DNA of 58,732 bases, from positions 1 to 58,732 of the forward strand of contig JYFJ02002349.1 of the NCBI GenBank assembly GCA_000934665.2. Reading direction: 5' to 3'. The DNA comes from Catajapyx aquilonaris. Taxonomy: Eukaryota. Within the stretch, counting starts at the first letter, position 1, and each line of letters opens with the position of its first letter. Shown here in pieces: positions 10,601 to 20,478 of the stretch. The notes beneath the pieces were generated by a model that ran no database searches, had not been told where the DNA came from, and was given only the letters and a program-made list of their open reading frames with translations. Made by a program: the position numbers and the translations under genes.

Positions 10601-13191
10601 TTGATTTATCCAAGCAACCGCCACAACCGGGAGAAGTGGTGTTTGCAAAATCACCAGAGTACGGTTGGAGTCGTGCCCTTGTCAAGTCATCAGGGAAGCT
10701 CCTTAATGTGATATATGTTGACTGCTTCAGTGAGGAGGAGGTGGAAGAGGTGGCTGACATGTCTAAAGAGTACCAGGACATACCAGGGCTTGGAGTTCAG
10801 TGCTTAGTAAAAGGAGAGTTCTCCCAGTTGATGTCTGGGGTGGTTGGCGTCAAGGTGACCGCGATTGGAGGGCCAATGGGAAAGGTCAAGTGTGTCCTGA
10901 CTCAGGATGGCTATGAAGTGAATGCCGTGTTGACCCCATGGACTGCCCTGGTGGAATCCACAGAATCACCTACAAAGGTATCGCCTGCAAGTCCATGTGT
11001 TCAGGGCGCATCCCAAACATCCGACACGATGGTGAAGAGCGGAGACAAGGTTCGGGTCACCTGCTTTGAGGGTGCTAACACTGTGTACCTTGTTAAGGAG
11101 TCGGCCTGGGATAAGTTGGAAGATCTGAATGATGACATCAATTCAACCATTCTTGGAGGTTAGTATTCTGCATTGTAACTACCTGCATAATACATCATGT
11201 TGATCTCATGTTCTTCAGCTAGAGGAGCTGCTGCTGTGACGGAAGCACCAGAAGTGGAAGAGATAGTAGCCTGCCAAGTAGGAGGGGAAGGGTACTATCG
11301 TGCTGTAGTTAAATCTGTGTTGCATGGTGGCAAGGAGATAGAAGTGAGGCTGATTGACACAGGCAGGCGCATGACCACCTCATTGTTCAAGCTGGCCAAT
11401 CTGCCACAGCAGTTCATGGATACTCCACCCTTTGCGGAGCTGGCTCGCCTCCATAATGTGCCTCCTACTCTCAACAAGGAGAAGCTGAACATATTCGCAC
11501 TCAAGTATAAGGACAAAGTGTTGCCATGTGAGGTCAACGCCTTGGTGCCCCTGTCTGTCACGCTTTATGATGCTGCTGGAAAGAACCTTAACGAACTGAT
11601 TTCCGCTGAAGCCCTTCCACTATGGAAGTGTCTAATACAGAAGAAGACTGACGGAAACCCCATTCCAGAAAGTGAGTGAAAAATACTCTACTTTTGGCAT
11701 GTTTCTATGGGCAGATGTCACCTGCAAGTCATGATGACAACAGGAAATATTATTTTATGCGGCGAAAAATGGCACTTTGTCAAACACCATATGAATTATT
11801 TTTCAAAGTGTAAATATTAATGTAGGATGTCATTTATTTCAGTAAGTTGTGGGGAAACAAATATGAAAGATGTTATGTGTGTAATTCAGCACTGGGTTTA
11901 ATTGTGTAAATGGATCAATGTTGCCATTTTCCATGGAAACATCTTCCTAATTTTTGTAGCCTTTTAATAATTCCTCACATCCTGTTGCTTACACTGCTAA
12001 TATTTGTGTTTGTGTTTTCAGACTGCCTGACGAAGCCCAAGTTAAGTGATTGCCCGTCACTCCAATTGACTGTAGGCGCGACTGTAGCCATGACTTTCGC
12101 GGTGGTGGAGAATCCTGCACAGCTGGTTGCCTTGCCAATGAATCCAGAGGACGTTAAAATGGCGCAAGAGCTGGTTCTGGACCTTGAGGCATACAGGGAT
12201 GCCTTCTTTGACAAGACAGCACACTACTCCCCGGAGGTTGAGGAAGTCTGCCTTTATGTGGCCAAAGACGAGTGTCTTTACAGAGGTGTCTGCCTAGCTC
12301 ATGAGAAGTATAAGGCTACCTACATTATCCTGTCCATTGACTTTGGTGGCACTGAAGAGGTTGCAGTGAAAAACATCCGGAGAATGAACCCTGACTTGAT
12401 GATCGTGCCATGTGGTGCAATGTGTATACTCGATGGTAGGAAGTAGTATTAATGTTTTGCATGTTTGTAAGTCACTCGTTTTGGTTTCAATGGTGGATTC
12501 TGCACCAGAATGCAGATGATGCTTGTGCTTTCAATGCCCTATTCAACTTTGAACAGTGCAATCTGTATATATCAGACCCTAGATAAGGCTGGTAAATTTT
12601 TGTACATTTTTGTATCTTAACATCTGATTTAAAAAAATATGAAATGACTATGTAGACAGGTTTCAATGTATTTGGTTTAACTGGCAAATATAATGTCTTG
12701 CATTGAATGTATTTTATCGATGCCATTCAAATGAAAACGAGTCATGGATTTGTCGGGGCACAAAATGAACATGGTACTGGAATCATAGTTATTATAAACA
12801 ATTCTGTTAGAAAAGAAGTGTGATTGACTATTTTTTGTCTCTTACAGGTTTCCAGGATGTGGTGGACCCAAATTATTCCCCAAGTAGTGACCTCATCAAG
12901 TTCCTTTCCGAAGCACTACCTACACCGGCACATCCTCTGGAGTTGACTGTGAAAGGCATTTTGCATGGTGTGTATATCATTGAGCTCCCAGGTCTGCAGG
13001 GTGAGCTGAAGAAGTTGGGGCTGCTGCCGCCCAGGAAGACGAGTGGCAATGGAGCAAAGGCACAGGTGGATGGCAAAGCTGGAGGAGATGCAGGGGCCAT
13101 TGTTGGCGAGGCTGATTTTTTTGTGCAGTGGAGTGCTCTTTCTCCAGAGGCGAGGGAAAAGCTTGTGCGCTCTGTGGGAGGCGCTGTTTAG
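4604..13191 (+). CDS. Tudor domain-containing protein, Vreteno/TDRD1-like (RRM, MYND zinc finger, RGG-rich region, four Tudor domains); about 1490 aa
   Basis: join(4604..4663,6989..7608,8492..10091,10177..11158,11219..11671,12022..12435,12848..13191) = 4473 nt with all junction phases consistent. RRM: ALYIQGLPPALTD...WAIAVFDTCENAQTALEKLNG. MYND: CLYC...C...C..WYCNKRCQQAHWTIHQQTC. Tudor cores: AARYEGGWYRAKI..QYVDFGN; FAKSPEYGWSRALV..IYVD; ACQVGGEGYYRAVV..RLIDTG; LYVAKDECLYRGV..SIDFGG. Confidence 0.85.
5551..6064. mobile_element. Decayed fold-back / MITE-like long inverted repeat in the first coding intron of the Tudor gene
   Basis: Arms at about 5551-5790 and 5840-6064 are reverse complements with scattered substitutions and small indels. 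The near-identical opposite-strand ORFs 5536..5823(+) and 5811..6083(-) reflect this symmetry. Spacer is about 50 nt. Confidence 0.75.
7333..7412 (+). repeat. 36-bp in-frame tandem repeat (ESGERDAPRRSV x2.2) between the RRM and MYND domains
   Basis: The unit GAGTCCGGTGAGAGAGATGCACCAAGAAGGTCTGTT starts at 7334 and 7370, with a partial copy at 7406. Confidence 0.95.
8647..9094 (+). repeat. 222-bp in-frame tandem duplication (74 aa) in the RGG-rich region of the Tudor gene
   Basis: Copies start at 8647 and 8869. Visible differences are AAC/AGC, AAT/TAT and one extra GAT codon in copy 2. Confidence 0.95.
10321..10373 (+). repeat. 24-bp in-frame tandem repeat (QPATKPxQ) in the inter-Tudor linker
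   Basis: AGCCAGCAACTAAACCATCACAGC followed by AGCCAGCAACTAAACCATTACAGC. Confidence 0.85.
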
Positions 13192-15160
13192 AAAGCGTTG
13201 CAAAGCACGTGGTTTTTTAAATAATATTTTTAAGATTATGGAGGTTTGAGAGAAGTGCATTATTTTGTAATTACTAATAGGATGAAAAGTAACCAGCAAT
13301 TTGTAATTTTTATATGGTTTATGTTTTCTTGTCATTTTTAAATAAGTAGTAGAGGTGTGTCTTTTCCACTGAACAAAATGGGTAATTCAAGCAGTACTTG
13401 ATGGAACATGCCCTAATTATTATATGCCAGTAACACTGCAACAGTTGCAGAACAAGTAACTCTTATTTCCACAAATGCATTGGAAATATTTTCCATATGC
13501 ACCTCTACTTTTAATGTATGGGAAAACCATCAAGATTTTAAGTATCTTTAAATGTGCCCAGACACTGGTCATGTATTGAAGTCGTTATGGTTGACCAAGT
13601 CCATAGCAAATGCTCTGATGTTTGGACAGATAGCAATGGCGAGCAGCAAGTGGAAAATGGTCCCAAGACTTGAATTTCACCATGACGGGCAGATTCACTA
13701 TCTTGAAGAGGTTTTACACCGATGTGTGTAGGAAATTACTGTTACCCAATCCTCTTCAGTTCTTACACATAAACATATACATATAAACAGTCTAAGTACT
13801 ATTCAATATACTGTAATGGTGACATTAATGTCATATTTACTTTTTGTGCAGTGTTGGGCTTTATCAAGACTCGCTTGCTTCATATAGTTTTGAATTTTGA
13901 TTTATGCAACAACAACAGTTGCTTGCTGCAGATAATGTTACTGTAACACGAATTCGTGAGGATGTGTCCGGACGGGGCTGATTGCTAACATTAATCATGC
14001 AATACTGTTGCCTTATGTTGCCAGTGCATCAGTCGAGGAGTTGGAGAAAGGTATACTCATTGTCATTAAATGACACAACTGTTGCAATGACTAATTATCT
14101 GGGTCGATATATTGTTTTTGCCATTAATAGGCCTCATTATGATGCTCCTATTGAGCTTCTTCATTTTGGCACACGTGAAGGAAGTGCAAAGTAATTCATG
14201 GAAAAGTAAAATGTCGCTGAGTTGTTTAAAAACTTGCCGGGCATGCACTTATTATTGTGCCTATTAATATTATGATCCAAAGGACATGTATGATGGTAAA
14301 ATTATGTTTCTACAGATGACAGGAGTTTCAATATATTACTATATATGACTAATGGTTTGATGAAGTAATAAATATTTTACAATATAAAGTATATGAATAC
14401 TGACTGTACATCTGGTGAGAAAGCTTATGATGTGTACTGAAGCTAATGAGCATATGCACATAATGGTTGCTAGGGTTAGCACCGAAAATAATAATACAAT
14501 GTTGTCAATTATGTTTGACATGAATATGTAATACTTTTCATAATCATTGATAGGAAAACCCTGATTTCCTCCTGCAGAAGTTACGTCAAGTGAATGTCCT
14601 GTGAATGGTACTGATGCACTGTTTAGTCTCCCAAAAATGAATCATCGTATGATACAAATCCATGGTATGATAAAAAAATGGTACTGTTATACTCTGCATT
14701 CATCTCTTGTTCACTACTCGGGCCCTTGAACTGTGGCGTTGTAGGTGAAAATTATGTTTATATGAAAAAGATGGGATGTTTACAAGTTGAAAATAATATT
14801 CAGCGTAATTTCACAAGCGGCGGATTTGTGTATACCGCGACAGTACGTCTAAGCCCAGGGGTTGGCAATATGCTATTTCAATCTATGACTTGCGTATGAT
14901 TAGTAATCTGCATTTTCTTGTTATATGTATTGAGATCAATGACCCAAATAAAAGCGCTTATTGGCTTGCAAGTGCAGTATTTTTGATTTCTGGATGCTTT
15001 TGTTGCAAGTATCTGCAGAAGGCTAATTGCTGTCATCTTTTTGGTTAATTAGCACAGTTTGAACTTGGCGGGTATGGTATCGATTGGAACTATTCGGGAT
15101 CGTCCACGAGTATCCAGCTGTACAGATGTGACGTCATCCCAGGTGACGTCATCATCAGAA

Positions 15161-15583
15161 TTAGGCAAAGATGGCGGACAGCTCTCGAACGCGAAACTTT
15201 CCCTCGTCGTCTTCTGCTGTGGCGGGTGGAGGAGGAGGAGGACGAGGCCCCGGCAACTCTCTTCTGACTGGGGCCACCGTGGTGGGCTTCCCCTTCGAGA
15301 GCTTCGGGACCAACGCGGTGCTGATGCCCGCCATCTCGCAGAATGACTCTTCGGTTCTCTCAGGGGGTGAGTGTTCCATATGGTTGTTTTGCATTGCCGA
15401 AATTGATTTGGGAGTTATCTCCACATGACCTACGTGATTGAAAGGTGCTTCAGCATGACCTACATGTAAGAAAGACACTGCACTTTCACCCACTTTCCTA
15501 AGCTTGTATCTGCTGAAGGATAGGCGTGTATCCGCTGGGAAGGAAAGTTCGACTGTTGGTACCCAAATTCTGTCAGCCGACAT
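15161..15583 (-). CDS. Small WASP-like CRIB/GBD + polyproline protein (140 aa; possibly 176 aa with an upstream exon 15698-15760)
   Basis: Basic patch RYKLRK, a duplicated CRIB-type core (FLHVGHA / APFNHVGHV), FCEMAGIS (compare WASP GBD LFxxAGIS), PGPRPPPPPPA and acidic EDDEG. The frame stays open upstream to an acceptor at 15629-15630. It is a GC-richer island within AT-rich flanks. Confidence 0.5.
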   Translation of the reverse strand: MSADRIWVPTVELSFPADTRLSFSRYKLRKVGESAVSFLHVGHAEAPFNHVGHVEITPKSISAMQNNHMEHSPPERTEESFCEMAGISTALVPKLSKGKPTTVAPVRRELPGPRPPPPPPATAEDDEGKFRVRELSAIFA

Positions 15584-15635
15584 GAGTCCGTCCGTTTGGG
15601 TTGGTTTATTAAGAAGAAGCCAAAGCGACTGTGGC

Positions 15636-15773
15636 GAATGTACGGGAAATGAGAGAACGATCTGACATCATCAAAGTTTCCATGGAAATATTCTCACGGA
15701 ACAATATGACAGTGTCAACAAAAAAAAGCAACTATGGATGATGTCAGATCGTTCTCTCATTTTCTGTACGTTT
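15636..15773. repeat. Inverted repeat with about 37-bp arms and a 64-nt loop
   Basis: 15647-15672 (AAATGAGAGAACGATCTGACATCATC) is the exact reverse complement of 15737-15762. The outer extensions differ only by transitions. Confidence 0.9.
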
Positions 15774-15874
15774 ATCTGGCTATAATAAGACGCAAAGGTG
15801 GGACAGTAATGAAGAGAGGAAAGACTGGTCTGTCTCCTATCCCAAATACCTGTCCGACTAGTGTGGCCCTACCA

Positions 15875-15877
<3 letters not shown>

Positions 15878-15913
<36 letters not shown>

Positions 15914-16140
15914 GATAGGGGATCATCTTTTAATAGACCGGCTTTAATCATTTGCCTGTAATGTGATGGATTTTGATAGTGGGAGGAAACGGGAGAACCC
16001 CGAGAAAACCCATGCGAACACGGAGAGAACCCATCTAAACTCTATCCACATAAGTATCCTTCGTCCGACCCGGGGATCGAACTCGGGACCTTAGAGGTGG
16101 AAGGCTGCGGCGCTAACCACTCGGCCTCCGTGTCGCCCTC
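15878..16140 (-). mobile_element. tRNA-derived SINE with V-domain-like core, (ATT)n tail and 14-bp target-site duplication
   Basis: On the minus strand: A box GGCCGAGTGG, B box GAGTTCGATCCC, core GGGTTTTCTCGGGGTTCTCCCGTTTCCTCCCAC (resembles the V-SINE core) and an ATT-repeat 3' tail. TSD TGGCCCTACCAGTA at 15864-15877 and 16141-16154. Confidence 0.9.
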
Positions 16141-17012
16141 TGGCCCTACCAGTAGACAAATGCTGGCATAGCTCTTGGGGTCATGGGAGAAACTCAAACC
16201 CACCACCACCACGATAAGGTGAAGATACCATCTGGGGGGGAAAGTCCTTCTGTAACGGCTGGAAAGGGCATAGAATAAGGCGGAGGATAGGCAGGGCGCC
16301 AATTTTTGTGTGACAGGATGTAGCGGAGACGGTGCATATGTCTTAAAAAGTTCAGCTTCAGATTTTCGAAAAAACAGTTTTATTGCGGATTCGTACTCTT
16401 GAAGTCGGGCCTCGCACCCCTGGTTTAAGATGAAGGGTCCAAGTCAATCAGAACTGCCTTAAAATTGAATCATAAATGGCGAAAGCGATGAAGCATACGT
16501 GCTGTTTTTTTGTCTCTCCTGAAAACTTTCACATCGTGGAGTTGGAGCCCTTTGGCAACTGACGTCTTCAACTGTAACTGATGGTGACAAGTGATTTAAA
16601 GTTCCAGTTTTAATGAACATATTCTATACTCTCGATTAATCATGCTAACGACTGCACGGGTATCACCAGATAATCTTAAAAAAGTTGATAATAAAAAAAC
16701 TGACCTTGAAAGCTGATACCATAAAAATGAGCCACTGGCCGCAGGTTTTTAATGTACTACTGTACGTAGTGTTTGCTGCTTTAACTAAGGTTTAATCAAA
16801 TTAATGAAATTTTTAGCTCGATTTTTAGTTTGCCTTCTAGAAAAATTTTGTTACAATTTCTTCGTTTTCAAGATATTTAGAATTTTTTGGAACTTTTATT
16901 TCTAACTACTTTTTGAGCACTGCACAGCTAATCTGCACCCAGATAATCCAGCCTATGGAGCTTGAGCCTCATTTGCCGATTGGCATAAAAAATTATCATC
17001 CCTTCCCATTAT

Positions 17013-17151
17013 CATGTGAGCGATTTGATAGCGTGATGTCATCGCCGGGCGATGAATCCAATTGTTTGAGGCCAAAATCGATTATTGCCATGATTGTTAC
17101 TTTCTGCTCAAACAATTGGATACATTGCCCGGCGATGACATTGCTCACATG
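17013..17151. repeat. Short fold-back (36-bp arms, 36-nt loop, plus a 9-bp outer stem) downstream of the membrane-protein gene
   Basis: 17035-17070 and 17107-17142 are reverse complements with 3 mismatches. CATGTGAGC (17013-17021) pairs with GCTCACATG (17143-17151). Confidence 0.85.
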
Positions 17152-17280
17152 TAAATGCTCCTTTACAGTGCACTCGATGAGATGAGTCAAAGCCAGTTTA
17201 TTACAAAAAACGAGTTTTTTATTGGTGAATCAAAAAATGGCACAGGTGAGATGACGGTTGCTGGAAGTGTTTGGCAAAGT

Positions 17281-18619
17281 TTAGAGGTGCGACCTCTCCC
17301 TGATGGTGACGGGTTCCTCCTTCCTGGCCCTGCTTCGCCTCACCAGGCAGACTATGAGCAGCACCACGAGGATGATGAACACGATGGCTCCAATCACTAT
17401 TCCAACTATCTCCCCTGCTCCCAGATAGATTCCTGGCAGAGGAAAGAGCAGCAGGTTTCATATGCTGGCCAACGCCGCATGAGAAATTGACCAAATCAAC
17501 TGCTTCCCTACCTGACACGTCAATGATGCATGAGCCAACATTCCCTTGTATGTCAGTTCCTTGTATGTGGACCCTCGGGTTGCAGCATGATGCACGGTAT
17601 GTACCAGTGACTGCGGCGACAGTTCCCACCTCGAAAGGCACCGTCAGCTGCAGCCCGGTTGGTGTCGAGTAAATTGTTCTGAGACCTGCACAAGGTTGAA
17701 ATGGGAACTCTTAATTCCATGAAATTTCATCGGGGTTGGTTTAACTTACCCGACTGGTCATCCTGCATAGTTACTGACACTGCCCATGACCTCTGGGTGC
17801 AATACTGGCTGCCGGTATGTCCATTGCAGTCGCTGAGATACCTGTAGTTGCAATAGGGCGACGTGCTGTCCTCCACCAGCTGCGAACCCACTGCGAATAT
17901 GACCCGTCTAGATGCAGTGATTGCGTAGTGGGAAGGACCAGGGCTGGATGATCTGACTGTCACTTGAATCTTGTCCTGCACACCAATTTGGGTTTGGGGT
18001 GGGATGGCCAACTGTATGCGCAAGTCAGATCTTCCACCTTGCTGCAGGAACAAGCTCAGTGGATCCACGTAAGAGACAAATCCTTTGTCGTCGTTCACCA
18101 AGACTTGTAGGTAAAACGGTTCCGGGCTGTTGTTAGTCACAGCAAAGTTCAGAATGGCTGTTGATCCTGGCTGGGCAGACAGCGGTGAGTTGTCGCTTAG
18201 CTCAACAGTCAGTGGGCGGTCAGACCCTTCGACGCCTGCACCGGCCGGGTAGTATCGGTCTGGAATCAAACCGTATTGTACCGGTTGAGCCCCACCCGTG
18301 GCATCCTCCCAATGAATAACTGACAACTGGCATACATCACTCCATTACCTGCTATTGAAACCAATCAAATGTAAACAAGTAGGGTGGCCTCAATCACACC
18401 CTCTTGGTTGGCCTTCAAGCTGGACTTAACAGGATGGATACGACAGTCCAACAATGCTGACATTTTACATTCATATGATAGCTTACCATTGTTGGGTTGC
18501 TGGTGAGGCTGCTCAGGGTTCTCACTTGCAGCTCCCCAGTTGACAATCCGCATTTCTGGTTGTGCCAGCCAACAATCCAAAGAGAGGAGCAGCATCCAGA
18601 GAGAGAATCCGGCTCGCAT
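17281..18619 (-). CDS. Uncharacterised type I membrane protein (342 aa): signal peptide, Ig-like beta-sandwich, Cys-rich module resembling the VWA7 C-terminus, TM helix, PDZ-type tail
   Basis: complement(join(17281..17432,17512..17685,17750..18319,18487..18619)) = 1029 nt, all phase-1 junctions. N-terminus MRAGFSLWMLLLSLDCWLA; motif DSTSPYC..C..C..W..QDDQSGLRTI..YRASCCNPRV..TDIQGNVGSC; TM IVGIVIGAIVFIILVVLLIVCLV; C-terminus RERSHL*. The exon 2 acceptor is weak. Confidence 0.8.
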
Positions 18620-18748
18620 TGTTGTCACCACCCGTGTGCAGTGATGTCGAACCGTGTCACACACACTCACTCACTCACGTACAACAAGAGGAAGTTCCTC
18701 CCTGGGTGTCAAGCCTCTGGATGGGAAAGCGACCCCCAGCACTATTGG

Positions 18749-18756
18749 TTTATATA
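18749..18756 (-). promoter_or_regulatory. TATA box of the membrane-protein gene
   Basis: TATATAAA on the minus strand about 130 nt upstream of the ATG at 18619. Confidence 0.5.
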
Positions 18757-20478
18757 ATGTAGCACATTGAGCATTTCTATAGGTTGGATGTGGGGAGCAG
18801 CAGGATGGTTGGAGAGGGGAGGTTACATGGTGAGGGGGTGGTGTTTGCACCTTTTGGTGGAAGTGGAAACAGGAAAAAGTTACGTCAGAAAGGTGTGTAC
18901 ACCTGCCCTTCCAAAGACGGTAATTACTTTAGGAATGAAAACCAATAGTGTTTTTATCATTGGTTTTGGGAAGGCGGATCCCCCATCTTTTCAAACTTTG
19001 GGCTTTGCTATCGCGGGGGTATATTTTTAACAATACGCCCTTGTTGGCGGGGGAAGTCACAGGTTGAGCAATGCTCAGGTGAGATTCTGGAAAAACTTCG
19101 GTTCTCGGAAAATGTGGTGCATGATTCCATATTGTTCCGGCGGCGTCTAAAAAAATGTACCTGAAGCAACAATACACAAAGAGGCAATTAAAAGGAGCCA
19201 GTTGCAACAATAAACGGGCTGGTTTTTTTCATTGTTGCGAAACCTATAATTCTCCGGGTTTTTTCCCGACGTGTCCTAACATTAAAATCGGGCTTGCGTT
19301 ATTGTGCTGCATATTTGCACAGTGGAGTAATCGGCCCCTAAAGCATTTTAATTAGCGGAGTCAGTTGTAGGTTATTGATGAGATTATTTCGACAGGGAAT
19401 CGATTCAATCCTGATGCGGGTTTTTTCTCTCGATTATCTGCCCAGTGCAATTTTGGCAGGTTCATTATCGGCGAATTATCCACTTCTATGGCCGAAATTT
19501 TCGCGAAATGATAGGCGACTCGTAGATGCATTGAAGCAATAGAAAGAAATCGGATTTTTTTTTTTTTGGGAGGCGTAAAATATGAGTCAACAGGTACTTG
19601 GAAATGACGCAACTTTTTTTTGTACACATCCCGACGTCCGAAGTAGTAATCTATTTATAGAAAAAACAAAGTCATTGCTGCTTCCGCCTTTTTAATCTAA
19701 GCAGCAATTTCTCCGAATCTCTGATACATTTATTTATTTATTTAAATTACGTACATTTTTTGCATTGTGTGTTTGTGGCGCGGCAATTAACGGAAAGGGA
19801 CCGCCCGCCTTTCATGCGCGCCGGTTCATTTCAATAATCGCAATAAATTCATTGAACGTATGGATTGTCGTGCTTCATGTAATTACGCGGAGTCATGCGC
19901 GGAAGAAAAAAAATTAGGCTGGGAAATAATGAGTGAGCAACACAAAAAATATATGACCTTATATATATTTTTTGAGAGATAGCTCATGCTTTTCAAGTCT
20001 GCTCAATTGGTAATGTCCAAGGTTGCACCGGAAGGAAACTTTGGACTTCCTGTCAAGAAATGGGTCGAAGAACAGGCGTTGATTAGGAAGAGTCATTAGT
20101 TTGGGTTAGGCTTGCCAAGCACTTGGAATGCTGCATGGAGTCGAAAACAATATATTGTGCCAGCCAGTAACCAAATTACAACATATGCTTCTCCGTCTTA
20201 TTGACTTAAATAAATTTCAAGCAGGAAAATTTAATATTCACGAAGCACTAATTACATTTTGCTGCAGAGCTGTTATTGCGGTACAGAAAAATCTGAAATC
20301 TCAAGAGCGTAGTGCACATTGAACTGATGGGTATAAATAGATATCATGTGCTCCCAAGGCTGTGTTGTCTAGGGTTAGGAATTTAACTCGCATGCTTCAA
20401 GTGTCCTTGGCGAGTTTCCTTGAGGGTCACAAAAAAATTGGTTGTGTAAGTGGATTGAGACTGATTTTTCCTCCACAG

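Noticed and set aside
16060..16140. tRNA gene on the minus strand
   Set aside because: A and B boxes are present, but the sequence continues into a SINE core and repeat tail and is flanked by a TSD. It is a SINE head, not a tRNA.
18320..18360. 3-nt microexon (TAG|CAG|GTAATG) in the membrane-protein gene
   Set aside because: It would need a 29-nt downstream intron, which is too short. Using these acceptors directly leads to an in-frame stop.
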